The position numbers and the translations under genes are program-made. Below, piece after piece: positions 42,357 to 58,689 of a stretch of DNA of 64,000 bases (the stretch's first letter is position 1; each line of letters starts with the position of its first letter). The notes under the pieces were generated by a model, which saw only the letters and a list, made by a program, of their open reading frames with translations, did no database searches and was not told the DNA's origin. The stretch is from the NCBI RefSeq assembly GCF_009914755.1, contig NC_060937.1; one strand, written 5' to 3'. Source of the DNA: the human T2T-CHM13v2.0 reference genome, Homo sapiens.

Positions 42357-45052
42357 AGTCTCCTTTAGACTGTGGACGAGTAAACGGCTGAGAGATAGAT
42401 ATTCCATGTGAGTGCAACAAATTGAATGTAGACCATGACAAGTTTGGAGAACAAAGAGGAAAACACCAAAAATAGAAATTTGATTGTTTTCCACCTTTGA
42501 CCGAACTCCTTAAGAATTTCAGAAAGTATCAGATAGAGAAAAAAGTACCCTGACTCTGGTAAAGAAAACAAAAACAAACAAAAACCCTAAAACTAACAAA
42601 AACAAAAATGAAAACTTCCTTCAACTTACCACAGTAAGGCTAGAAGACAGAACTATTAATAGCATGCTCATTTGCTATATTTTTTATCAACCTATTTGCA
42701 TTAAATAATGTTAACCTCCCACTAAAGTTATTTCTACTTTGAATTCTGAAGTAGTCAAGAGATTTAAATAAGAAAAAGACAACATCTGTTTCTTCATTGT
42801 TACTTTGTTATTCCCGATCCATAATGCTTCAGTTTGCTACATTTAGCTTAACATCAGCAAAGTAAACAATAATGTAACTATTCTATCTAGTAATGAGCTT
42901 GGAGACTTAAAAAAATATACATAGAACTTAATTCCTTTTCATTTGACCACTAATAACATACTGAACATGCCGGTGAAAAGAAATAAAACACAATGGTAGA
43001 AAACTCCAAAAAGGTACAATCAGTGTCTTTACCATTCATCCCCCACCCCTATCTCATTAGCAACTTTCTGATCTCGGGTGTTTTTTCCAATAGTAAAGTG
43101 TATCCCTATATCCAAAGCAATTTCTCTAAAGCCCTTCTCACTCATTCAAAAACGTTTAACAAGTACATTGCACTAGGTGATAGAGGAAGAGAAACTGAAT
43201 ATTGTCCCTGCCTCAGACATTTCAGTGCTTTTACGCCTCACTTCCACTCCTAACCAGTCTTCTTCCACAGGTACCCTGTCCCCTAAAATCAAATGTTGCT
43301 TTTCACAGTTGCCTTTACTTGTCACCTAAAGTATTTCAATTCAAAATTTCCTCAAAGTCAACTTCACAGCTGCTGATAAAATAATCATTCTATATGATTA
43401 CAAAGTGTTTCACCAATACATATCCCCATTTTTTCCAAACTTAAAACTTCTTCAGTCCTTACTACTTTAGCATAGAGACCTGCACTGTTTTTTTCTTCTT
43501 TTTAAAAAAATTCTAATGCTAATCCTTTACTGTTTGAGCAGACTTAATCCTACCTTTTCTTTTGTCAATAAATGCCAGGTGTTTTTTAAATCACTATCTT
43601 GCCACTTTTGATTATGATATACTGATCACTCTATTTGCATCTTGAATGAAAAGACCGCTTTGTGATTTTGCTAATGATATGTAAACTAGAACTTGAGAAC
43701 CACTGGATACAGGAGTACTGCTGATCTTTAGATACTTTCTGTCTAAAAATGAAGCCCCTGTCTCCAAATTTCAGGAACAGGGAGTTAAGGTTCCATGAAG
43801 TGTTTACTTTCCACCCTTAATTTATTACCTTAATACTTGAGGTTAAGAATTATGTGTTCTGTATATATCACGCTGCTTGTCAATATCCACACGTAAACCT
43901 TCTTGTTTTGACAATTAATCTGAAAAAGTCCCCATATAGTCTAAGAGGAGGAAAACCTAATTTGGAAGAATATAATAAATGTCAGTTTCCATCACAGAAT
44001 ATATGCTTCTCAAGTTCAATTAACCTCTCAATGATTCCCTTTCTAAGAGGAAAGTAATTCTCCTTAGTGTCCTTGCCATCCATGGAGTGGAAATCTTTAT
44101 ACTGGCAAGATTATTAATCACTTGCATGACCCCCAAAACGGCTCTTCCTTCCATTTCCCTCAAGTACTGTCTGGAGCAGCGGTTGGAATTAATAGAGGGG
44201 CCATAATCTCCAGACCTGAGTACCAAATCAATCCTGCAGCCCCCCACACCCTTAATGCCCCTGCACTTTCTTGCTTATCCTTTTTCTGTCCTCTCCATTT
44301 TTCTTTCCTCCTTCCGGTGTTCCGGAACCTATGATACTCTCCCGGTTGTTTGAATTTTTACAACCTACCAGATAATAATCCCTTGTGATCCTCAAAGCTT
44401 CCTTAAAGCAAACCCTGTATCACTGTGTTTTAAAACCAGTATTAAAGACTATTGTGTGGGATAATGTTACATTGTTTCACAGCCCTACAAAGTTTGGCCA
44501 TGAAACGTGTGGGCAGATTCCGTAACTCAACTGGAAACGCGAAGGACTGAAACAAATCAACACACACAAAACGAAGCCAGTGAGAAAGATCCAACCCGGG
44601 CCCCCTGCCTGAAATGGGACACGGGGATGACGGGGCAAAGTCGGGCAAAGCCGGTCAAAGCCGTGCTCCTGGCTCTCGCGATTCAGGAGGCGCTCCCAGC
44701 TCACTGGGGATGACAGCGACGACGGCGGCGGCTCGCATTGCTCCACGCTTCCCATCAGGGGGGCACCAGGGACCGCCCCAGGCCCGGCCCATGCCCGGGC
44801 TCAGAGGGAGACCCTGGTGCGAGGGCTGCCAGCAGGGCTCCGTCCTCCCGCTGAGGCGTGGCTCCCGGAGCAGGAGACGCGGAGGCCGCCCTCGGCGTTT
44901 CAGAGTCGGGGCGGGGAATGTCCATGGCCAACTGTGGGCAGGGGACCCCCAGGCGGATACAACAGGTGCGCCGGGGCCGCCCACACGACTCGGGGCGCGC
45001 CCGCCCCTGTGCCGACCCCCGACCCCTTCCGCAGCCGGGGCCCAGCTGTTAC

Positions 45053-45330
45053 CTGCAGCGGCGCCTCTCGAGTCCCCGGAGGGCGGTCCAGGGCCGGCGC
45101 CTTACCCGCAGGCAGGCCCACTCGCCCAACGGACGCCGCGGGTCGGCGACGTCGGGGCACAGGTCCTGCGGGGCCGCGGGGGCCGCCAGGGAGGGCGCGA
45201 CCGCCTGACCGGGCTTCACGGGCAGTGTCCTCAGCCGGTGACCTGGCCTCTACGGTCGCTCAGTGTCCCCGGCGATGCGCGGATCCTCACGCGCTCCCTC
45301 ACTTCCTGCGGCTTTTGGTCCCTCCCGCTC
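45053..45330 (-). pseudogene. DHX32: Candidate non-coding first exon of the divergent gene (DHX32 upstream-exon paralog)
   Basis: Minus-strand donors CGG|GTAAGG (exon end 45106) and CAG|GTAACA (exon end 45053). Identity is inferred from the remembered head-to-head DHX32/FANK1 arrangement. TSS position is approximate. Confidence 0.5.
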
Positions 45331-45364
45331 GCTGTCCCTCTGGTTCAGCCCACTCCGCCTCCGG

Positions 45365-45378
45365 GTTGTCAGGGCAAC
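45365..45378. promoter_or_regulatory. RFX X-box
   Basis: GTTGTCAGGGCAAC, near-palindromic match to GTTNCCATGGNAAC, followed by a second half-site (cgtagcgac). Confidence 0.8.
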
Positions 45379-45454
45379 CGTAGCGACGCCGGCCCTGGCT
45401 GAGAGGCGTTACGAGCCCGGGCGTTCGCCCGCGGAGGCCGGGGAGCAGCCAACC

Positions 45455-45467
45455 ATGGAGCCCCAGA
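45455..45467 (+). pseudogene. FANK1: FANK1 exon 1 coding part (M-E-P-Q-, phase-1 donor), probably a paralogous partial copy
   Basis: ccaaccATGGAGCCCCAGA|GTAAGG: strong Kozak, 13 coding nt, canonical donor. Matches the remembered FANK1 N-terminus MEPQKIMPPS. No exon 2 is visible in the window. Confidence 0.8.
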
Positions 45468-46682
45468 GTAAGGGAGGCCTGGGCTGGAGCTGGGACCGGG
45501 GCTGGCGACCGGGCTGGGGCTCCCCGGGAAAGAGTGTGGGCGCCCCGCGCGCGACTCCGCAGGTTTCAACGCTCGGACACGGAAATACGGTTTGCGTCTC
45601 CTCGCGCTTTTCTCTCTTGGAGAGGGGAGAAGGGGGCTACATCCTGCCAACTCTGTGTGGTTGGGCCGCCGGCGCCTGAAAGTCCGCGCTGGGGGCCGGG
45701 AGCGACTGGAGAGCCCCGAGCTATGGGTGGGGGAGGGCGCAGCGACCCCAGCTTGCGCCTTCCTGAAACTTCGCCCAGACAGTTCCATTTACTCCTCCTC
45801 CTACTCATGATTTTAGTTTGGTAGTTTGGTTCATTAATTGTAAGTAGCCCATTTTTCTTCTAAAATGTCAGCAATTAAACACGTCAGAGGCTGGGTTTTG
45901 TATTTATTAGAGACCCCGTCTTACTCCCTGTCCCCCGCCCCACAACCCTAGTCTGCGACTTGAAGGAGAGAGAGAAAAAAAGAGCTTTGTCCAAGTGTAT
46001 TTGATTCATTCTTAGGGGTTCTACAAGTTAGGACACTCAAAAAGTGTTTGTGATCTCTTTTTCTGTTTTCCCATGTTGCTTTCGATGTATGGCAAAAGTT
46101 GTGCAGTTTTGAGTTATCAGATCTAACACGAGTTCTAACTTACTATTTTTGTTGTTGTTTTTACCTTTCCAGGGACTTTGTTTCAAGGCCTTTCTTTCTC
46201 TGCCCCGTCTAAGCTGTCTTATTGTTCCTTTTGTTATGAAAATAAGGGGAGTGTTTTGTATGGAGACTTAAAATACCTAAAACCTTTATAGAAGGATGCA
46301 GTTTGACTTTCAAACCAAGCGGTCCTATCTTCTACAATTTCAGAAATGAAGAACTCAGACCAAATCTATTCTCTGGGGAAAATGTTGGCATTTCTAAAGG
46401 TCATTCGTTTTCCACCAAGAAAGTTTCAAATACTTTTCTTTTTAACTCATTTACTGAGGAGAAAGCTTGCAAGTTGTGACTTATAGTTGCTTGATAGATT
46501 TTGTACAGTATTTGTCATTTGCATTTACAGCTCTTTGGATTCTACATTTTTTTTAACCTAGTAAAAGAAATTTAGCATATGATAACGCTAAAATTTTTGT
46601 TTTATGTCAAACTGATGGCAGGCTGTGTGTATTCCCACCTTAGAGAAGTGAGTTGAAATGTATCTTTTAAAAAAAACAACTT

Positions 46683-47026
<344 letters not shown>

Positions 47027-47082
47027 TTACTGTTTACATGTGTAAACTATAATTTCAAGTTCTTCAGTGCTGTCTTTATCCC

Positions 47083-47520
47083 TTCATTCATTTAGAGTGC
47101 CTGTTATGTTGCAGCTCTGTTCTAGGGATTGGGGATTGAACAACGGATCAGACAGTGTTAGTTTTGGTCATCCCAGGAAAACTAAGCAGAGGCTTGCTCA
47201 AGAACTACTGAGGTCTTGGTGGGGTTCGGAGATTGGGGGAAGAGGAGATGGACAAAGGCTCCCAAGAGGAAGTAGTACTGGGTCTGCAGAATGACCCAAC
47301 AAAGAATGAGGGCAAGGGATTCCAGGCAGTGGGAATTACTTGTACATAGGCCCTGAGACCTGAGAGCAGCGTGGGTTTGAGGCTCACAGTAGGAAGATTA
47401 GTAAAGCTGTAGCTAAGGAGATGAGGAGGAAAAAACGGTTGGAAGGAGGGAGGAGAAATGAGATAAGGCTGGAAAAGTCAACCGGAGCCAGATCAGAAAG
47501 GTTCTGTAACCATGTGAGAA
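47083..47520 (-). mobile_element. L2 fragment
   Basis: ttcattcatttagagtgcctgttatgt...ctgttctaggg...attccaggcagtgggaa...agataaggctggaaaagt...gccagatca. Confidence 0.65.
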
Positions 47521-47687
47521 ATGTATTACATATGTGAACTATACATTTATATCTCATGTCATTGGATTTTTGAGGTAGAAAATATTTAATTTATACCTGA
47601 GGAATGACTGTAAATTTCTTTCTTTCCACATATTCTTAAATGATTCCATCAATTTAATTTTAAATAATTCGATCACCATTTAGCTCG

Positions 47688-48304
<617 letters not shown>

Positions 48305-49376
48305 GAAATTCTTTTACAGTCCAAGAAACATAATTTGGATAAATATTTACTACCAAATGAGTTACTAAATATTTAAAAGGACAAGATTAAATGATCCTTG
48401 AGGTTTCTTTTAACTTGGAGATTTGTATCCAACCAGATTTCACCTGAGACTGAAGTTATTTCCTACCGTCAGTGATAACGGAAGCACTACAGTTGTGGCA
48501 TTCAAGTATTACAGTGAATTACAATTATACTGTCAGCAATATTATGTTAACAGTACATTGTTTATGGCAATATTATCTAACATATTTTAAGCCCTGTTCC
48601 TTTGTTACTGAGAGGTCTAAAATAACATTTTACAAGTATAGTTGAATATAGCATCAGTAAATTGGTTATGAGGAAGACTCCTTCATAATTGCTTTTATGG
48701 ATTAAACATGTATCTAAGGACAACACCAAGGAACTACTAGAAATAACCCTCGAGTCAGTCTTTTCCGTTCTGTTTCCACACCCTTAGTTTTCTATTACTT
48801 TTAGGAATGACCTTTGTTAACTAAGTCATTAAAATCCAATAAACATAGACTCTTCAGACCCCACAGCTGGATCATACTCTTGGCAGCAAGCAGAGGAAGG
48901 CAGGGGCTACCACTGTTTTACAGAATAATAGTAAGTCAATGATCCAAGAAATGACTTCCCAGAGAAATGGCAAATTAAATACGTTCACAACCTTGGGCTG
49001 TTGAGAGTGGTTTTGGCTCTTGGCTTGCACATTGACATCTTTAATTCTTTTCTTGCTAAACCAACTTCAGTATTGGAAAGATAGCTCATGTATAAAATAA
49101 CATGGAAAATGTACATCACATCCCATTTGTTTTGGGTTTTTGTCCTTTTTTTTCTTTTTTTGGAAAATAGTTCAATAGTACTATCTCTTCCTTAATTTTT
49201 TAATGAGTGTCAATACCAAGGGGTGGCTTTGGGGATCTTTAGCCCAAATCTAAGCAAACATATAATCTGAGTAAAAACTGTGTATATTTATCAAATGCAG
49301 CATCAAGACAAGCCCCCCAGCTCCCACTTGGTGCTGCCTGTTCTGTAGGCTCTTGCTATATATATATATTTTTTAA

Positions 49377-49895
<519 letters not shown>

Positions 49896-50153
49896 TAGAT
49901 AAGAGATCTAAGGTATTCCAGTGACTAAGAAACTGAGGTGAATGACTAAGGGACTGAGACTTCTCTCTCCAAACCTGTTTCTCCACTAGTCTTCCAAGCC
50001 TTCCCAGTTACTCCAACCTGAAAATGAGTCATCCTTGGCTCCTCATTACCAACCCTCACCCCACCCTTCTCCATCCATCAGCAGATCTGTTTATTCCACT
50101 TCCAAAATATACCCCAAATGTGCTTCCTCTTCCTCCGTACTCCAAGCTACCAT

Positions 50154-50247
50154 GCCGTGTAAGTTATGATTGTGATTTTTGCATGTCTTCTTCCACTGCT
50201 GCCCTGTAAGTTATGATTGTGATTTTTGCATGTCTTCTTCCACTGCT
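50154..50247 (+). repeat. 47-bp tandem duplication
   Basis: gcc(g/c)tgtaagttatgattgtgatttttgcatgtcttcttccactgct twice, with one mismatch. Confidence 0.95.
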
Positions 50248-50663
50248 ACCTGGAAGCTGGAGTGACCTTTCAAAATATACATCAGATCAGATCATGTCAC
50301 TCTCCTGCCAAAAGCCCTCCAAAGTTCTTACGGTGATCTAGCTGCCTCTTCAAACTCATCACACATCTGATCTTAGACGTATTATGCTTCAAGCAAATTG
50401 GTCTTCTTGTAGTCCCTCAAACAAGCTTCTTTCAGGACTGTGGCTCTGAACAAGCTTTCCTCTCTGCCAGGGATGCTATTCCCTCCTGCTATGACAGGTC
50501 TGACTCCTAATGTCCTTCAATCTTTGCCTAAATTTCACCTCCTCCAGCCCTTCCCTGGCTTCCTAAAGTGGTGGTGCCCCCTCTCTGATGTTATTCTATC
50601 TCTGTGCTTTTCTTTTAATAGTAATAATCAGAACTTATAATATTTTGTTAATATTTAAAATCT

Positions 50664-50933
50664 AGCTGGACATGGTGGCTCACGCCTGTAATCCCAGCAT
50701 TTTGGGAGGCCAAGGCGGGAGGATCACCTGAGGTCAGGGGTTCGAGACCAGTCTGGCCAACTGGTGAAACCCCATCTCTACTAAAAATACAAAATTAGCC
50801 AGGTGTGGTGTTGCACGCCTGTAATCCTAGCTACTCATGTGGCTGAGGCAGGAGAATTGCTTGAACCCAGGAGGCGGAGGTTGCAGTGAGCCGAGATAGC
50901 ACCACTGTTCTCCAGCCTGGGAGACAAGAGCAA
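50664..50933 (+). mobile_element. AluS lacking its 3' terminus and tail
   Basis: Alu from the 5' end to ...cctgggagacaagagcaa, then direct fusion to L1 sequence. Confidence 0.92.
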
Positions 50934-51102
50934 TGTGGGGTAGGGGGAGGGGGGAGGGATAGCATTAGGAGATATACGTAATGCTAAATGACGAGTTAAT
51001 GGGTGCAGCACACCAGCATGGCACATGTATACATATGTAAGTAATCTGCACATTGTGCACATGTACCCTAAAACTTAAAGTATAATAATAATTTTTAAAA
51101 AA
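50934..51102 (+). mobile_element. L1PA 3' end (L1PA3-like)
   Basis: G-rich tract, then gatagcattaggagatata...gctaaatgacgagttaatgggtgcagcacaccagcatgg...cctaaaacttaaagtataataa. Confidence 0.92.
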
Positions 51103-52394
51103 TCTACTTTCTTCACTCGACTGTAGGGTGGTGGAAGAGGTCAGGGGAACTGTCTGCCCTGTTTGCCATCCTGTCCCTAGTGCCTAACATGGAGTAAACC
51201 CTAAACATTCATGGAATGGATAGCACTGCTGTTCACAGATAGATGCCTTACCTACTTTCATTTCCTTAAGAGTGTTGTGGTGTAGTTAAAAAAAGAAAGC
51301 CATTTTATTCTACATTATTCTACAACACAAAGGGTTGTGCTCCAGTGAAACTTGAAGTGCCTTTTGTGGAGTGTGCTTTGGGTAAAGTTCATTTAAATCA
51401 GGTACTTATAAATGTCAGGTCGATTACAAATATGGTGTCCCATGTTCTTTTCTAATCTAAACGAGATGTTTTAAACGAGTCTCATTCTATCCAGTAAGAA
51501 TAAGGAAAGAGGCAAGTAATCTTATTTTTGGGACCAAGTGGCCACGAGGTCATAAGACCTAAAAATGTTTACACTCCCAGGCAGCACCTGCTCGTTAATT
51601 ATCTGGGAGACTGGTAAGGATTTAAAAGTAATTTTTTCCTTAAGCCCAGGAATCATTTAAAAAATCTGTATAACATTTTTTTCTCATGTAGTCTTAGCCC
51701 CGAAGAATATTAAGTCTATCAATTAGGTTATAATTCAAATCTTATCAAGAAATAAATGCTTATATAAATCAAGATTAAAAAAATTTTCAAAGCAGCGTTT
51801 TTTAAACAGTGACGTTTTAAAATCCCCATCAAAATGGTAAAATTCATTGTGATGTTGACCTCTCATGCTGTCAGCCACAGGAAGGGGCAAAACGACTTGA
51901 GGCTTGAAGCCGTGTCTTTCCAGAAGCTCAGGTTCACCAAACATGGTCTCCAGATGGAGTCTGTTCCTCAGAACCTGGGCTTTACTTCTCGATGGGAGAA
52001 GGAAGCAGTGTTAAAACTTGTCTATTCTGAACTAGCCAACCAGATTAAAGGAGGGGTTTGTGCATACCAACATCATCCCAGAATGACCTGAATGACTCAT
52101 TACATGCAGACAGTGGTGCAAACCCATTAACAAGTAAACAACTGACACCAGTGCTCTGTGCTCACAGGGCTGGGGGCATTCTTGGGTATTTTTCTTAAGG
52201 GAGGCTGGAAGAAGGGAGGAGGCGTTCCTTTCTCCTAGAGGCAAAGGCCAGTTCCTTTTGCTGTGCCCCAGGCCTTTCCTGGTTGTTATAAACTCTTCCA
52301 GGCCTTTTCTTGGGAAGGTGCTCTCATCCCCACACCCCTGCCTCCTCCCTCCACCTGTTGTGCACTCCCTGAGAGAAACAAAACAAGTTAATTA

Positions 52395-52490
52395 GCTTAT
52401 TCAGCTACTTGGGAAGCTGAGGCGGGGGGGACAGCTTGAGCCTAGGAGTTTGGATTCAGCCCGGGCAACATGTCGAGACCCCATCTCTAA
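52395..52490 (+). mobile_element. Alu monomer fragment
   Basis: cagctacttgggaagctgaggc...cttgagcctaggagtt...gggcaacatgtcgagaccccatctc. Confidence 0.75.
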
Positions 52491-52608
52491 TTTTTTTTTA
52501 AGTTTTTTTTTTTTTTTTTTTTAATTTAAATTAACATATTCAGGCTAGTGCATGTAATTCGGTTCTCTACTGAAGTAATTCACCCTAAATTGAAACTAGC
52601 ATTGCTAG

Positions 52609-54472
<1,864 letters not shown>

Positions 54473-55028
54473 AGATAACTCCCGCCTCTTGCACTCTCTG
54501 TGACAAGTCTAGTTTTGATATCAAGTTTATCTTAATCTCAATAAATGAGCTTGGCTCTGTTCCCTCTAATTTCTCTTAGAAGTTTCTGCAGCCTGCAGTC
54601 CCAACTACTCAGGAGGGTGAGGTGGGAGGATCACTTGAGGCCAGGAGTTCAAGGCTGTTTACTGAAACAATCAGGAATGAGCATTCCCAAGAGAATACAA
54701 TTACAAAAGTAAAATCACCTAGAGCTTTGGGGCTGCTTAAAAAGCCCAGAAAGAAGTGCCAAATGAGAAAATAATCAAATTCAGTAGAAAAACTCACTTG
54801 AGGGTATCATGGTCAGCTGGGTTTCCACCCCTTTGATGCACTTCAAATCCTGTGTATCCCACAAAGACTTGCTCCTTTCTAAAGGCTATGGTTTACGTTC
54901 AACAGAATAGCAGCAACCACCATAAGCCTGAAGGCTGGCTAGTCTTTAATATTCTGCCCTATTCAAAGAAATGAGACTTTCCCTCATTCCTAAAGATCTC
55001 CCAGGTCCATTACAAAAAAAGAAGGAGC

Positions 55029-55373
<345 letters not shown>

Positions 55374-55727
55374 TTAAACACTTCCCCAGGCCAGTGCATT
55401 AGCAGTTAGCTCCTTACTGAATATTATCTGTAGCAAACAGTAGCTGACTCCTAGCTCTCTTCAGTGAACTTGAATTGAAATTTATAGAATTCTCATGACT
55501 TCTATTTCATCTTGAAACCTATAGATTTCTTCCTTTTCCTAGTGATTTACCTTTCAATTATATGTAGACTGAACCAGTCAGAGCCGTCTTTAGTTGGTCT
55601 CTATTCAAACACTGTATTTTGTTTCTTGATTACATCTTCAATTATTTTAGTTATTTCTGAGATTCTCCCCTGCAATTTCTCCAACTCTGTAGGGCATAAA
55701 GAGTGCATGAATAACATTATGAAGGCT

Positions 55728-55875
55728 GTGAGACCTCAAATAAATGAGTAGCCTTTCTGAGCCTCAGTTTTCTCCTCTGTAAACCAGGAATAATTTTTAC
55801 TGAACAAAGTTGTTCTAAGGATTAGTGAAATGTATGTAAAGCACTTAGCATTTAATAAGTGATCAAATGGTAAGT
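55728..55875 (+). mobile_element. MIR
   Basis: tctgagcctcagttttctcctctgtaaa...gttgttctaaggattagtgaaatgtatgtaaagcacttagca. Confidence 0.8.
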
Positions 55876-56688
55876 GATGCTTATAAAATGTTTTTATCAT
55901 GGTAAAATATACAAAGTATAAAATTTACCAGCATTTTAATCTAAATTGTCTTATTGTGATAGGCTTGCTTATAGTAAAACAAACTCTTATCTTTTTAGTA
56001 TCTGTAGGATCTATAGTGATAACTCTTCACTCCTTATATTCTAACTTGTGCCTAGTTAGGCACAACTCTTACTAATTAGTTATCTATTGCTGCATAAGAA
56101 ATTACCTGAAACTTAATGTCTTCAAACAACAACAAGAATTTATTATCTGTGATAGGCAGACTTCTAAGATGTTTCCCATGATCTCGATGTCTTGGTGTTA
56201 TGCTCTGTATGATCTCTTCCTTTTTTAGTGTGGATGGGATCACTGCCCAAACTTTTGGATGAAATCGAGTGAGTGTAGGTAGGATCTGTGACTTGTTTCT
56301 AACTGACATAATATTGCAAATGTGATGTGTTGTTACTTCTGGGATATGTGTGTGTGTGTGTGTGCGCACAGAAGAAAGGAGAGGGAAGAGGAGAGGAGGA
56401 GGAGGAGAAAGACATACATTAGGATATGAGATAGACATATAGCTGGCATGCACACAAGATTCTCCTTGCTGATTTGAGGAAGTGTGTGACCATATTGAGG
56501 AAGCCCAACAGCAGGTGGTGTCTAGGACCTGAGGGTGGCCTCCAGCCAATACCCAATAAAAAACATATCTACACAATCATACAGACATAAGGAAATGAAT
56601 TTTGTCAACAACATGAATGAGCTTGAACCTAGCTCAGCTGACGCCTTGCCTGCAACCTTGTGAGACCGTATGCAGTGAACACAGTTGA

Positions 56689-57038
<350 letters not shown>

Positions 57039-57045
57039 TTTTCTC

Positions 57046-57520
57046 ATATGTTTATAGCAGCACAATCTGCAACTGAAAAAAATATGGAATCAGTTCAAAT
57101 GCCCATCAGTGAACAAATGGATAAAGAAAATGTGGTATATATGTAGCATGGAATACTACTCAGCCATAAAAAGGAACAAAATAATGGCATTTGCAGCAAT
57201 CTGGATGGAATTGGAGACTTGTTCTATGTGAAGTAACTCAGGAATGGAAAACCAAATATCATATGTTCTCACTCATAGGTGGGAGCAAAGCTATGAAGAT
57301 GCAAAGGCATAAGAATGATACAATTGATTCTGGGGACCCAGGGGAAAGGGTGGGAGGGGGATGAGGGAGAAAAGACTACACATTGGGTACAGTGTACCCT
57401 GCTCGAGTGATGGGTGCACTAAAATCTCAGAAATCACCACTAAAGAAGTTATTCATGTAACCAAACACCATCTGTTCCCCAAAAACCTATTGAAATAAAA
57501 AATAAATTTTAAAAAAAGGA
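57046..57520 (+). mobile_element. L1PB-like 3' end
   Basis: atgtttatagcagcacaat...gatgcaaaggcataagaatgataca...aaaatctcagaaatcaccactaaagaa...tattgaaataaaa. Confidence 0.88.
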
Positions 57521-58257
57521 AGTAAACCACTTAAAAAAGAATAAACATGTATTTTCTTAAATGAAATCCTGACCCACAGAAACTGTATAAGAGAAAATAT
57601 ACTAGACAATATATGTATATTTCCTGAGATGTTCATTTGTTATACAAAAATAGCAAACTAATATAGAGCTTCTGTGGGTCCTGATTTGAGAAATGCTTTA
57701 GCTGGGTGGTTCTGTCTTGGTCAATATGTTGATTAAGCCTGCAGTCATCCGAAGGCTTGACTGAGGCTAGGGCATCCAATTTCAAGATGGCTCACTTAAC
57801 ATGGCTAGCAAGTCAATGCTGTCTGTTAGCAGGAGACCTCTGTAATGTAATGCATTAAGCTCCGTAGGGTTGCTTGAATGTCCTTGCAGTATGGTAACTA
57901 CTTTCACCCAGGGTGAGCAAGGTGGAAGCTGCCATATGTTTTATAATCTAGCCTAGGAAATTTGAACTAGCTTTTTGATAACACAGGTCAGCCATATTTA
58001 ATATGAGAGAGAACTGCACAAGGCATGGATAGCAGAAGTGAAAATCACCGGGGGCCATTTTGGAGGCTGGCTGCCACAGAGATTAGCAACTGGAATACTG
58101 CTTTCAAAGAAACAGCTTTGGCTTTTTATGTTTTCTCTATTATGTCTTTGGTTTTTTATTCATTGATTTCAGCTTTTATCCTTATTATTTCCATCATTTT
58201 AATTTCATTCAGCTTAATTTGCTGGGATTTTTGAGATGGATGCTTAGATCATTGGAG

Positions 58258-58427
58258 TTTTTTTCTTTTTCTTTTTTTTGAGACAGGGTCTTACTGTGTC
58301 ACTCAGGCTATAGTGCAGTGATGAATCGTAGCTCATAGCAGCCTTAAATTACTGAGCTCAAGTGATCCAATCCTCCCTCCTCAGCCTTCCAAGTAGCTGG
58401 GACTACAGGTGTGTGTCACCATGCCAA

Positions 58428-58466
<39 letters not shown>

Positions 58467-58575
58467 GACAGGTCTCACTATGTTGCCTGGGCTGGTATTG
58501 AAGTTCTGGCCTCAAGCAAACCTCCTGCCTTGGCCTTCCAAAATGTTGGGATTATACATGTGAGCCACCACACCT
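58258..58575 (-). mobile_element. AluJ-like element
   Basis: gagacagggtcttactgtgtcactcaggct...gagctcaagtgatcc, with a long middle T tract. Confidence 0.88.
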
Positions 58576-58689
58576 ATCATATCAGTTTTTCAGTACTTTT
58601 TTTGTTTTGTTTTCAAATACATGTGTTTACGTTTATAGATTCCCCCCACCCCAGATTTAGTCAAATCCCACAAGTTTTCTACTTTTGTA

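Larger units (their letters stand above)
44590..45780. promoter_or_regulatory. CpG island, bidirectional promoter
   Basis: About 1.2 kb of very GC- and CpG-dense sequence with GC-box-like sites, an ETS site CACTTCCTG (45300-45308), an X-box, and first-exon donors on both strands. Confidence 0.93.
49960..51220 (+). mobile_element. L2 fragment hosting a tandem duplication and an Alu-L1 insert
   Basis: gagtcatccttggctcctc...ggagtgacctttcaaaat...atcagatcatgtcactctcctg...; terminal ccctagtgcctaacatggagt. Confidence 0.65.

Noticed and set aside
45475-45530. G-quadruplex-like G runs after the exon 1 donor
   Set aside because: Common at the 5' ends of first introns; nothing distinctive.
44614-45824. 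Overlapping 70-262 aa ORFs in the CpG island
   Set aside because: Stop-poor GC-rich sequence giving low-complexity R/G/P/A peptides. Only the 13-nt MEPQ exon has Kozak, donor and homology support.
48858-48930. Possible + strand cassette exon (ttcag ... ata|gtaagt)
   Set aside because: Poor polypyrimidine tract and an in-frame stop after exon 1; not distinguishable from chance.
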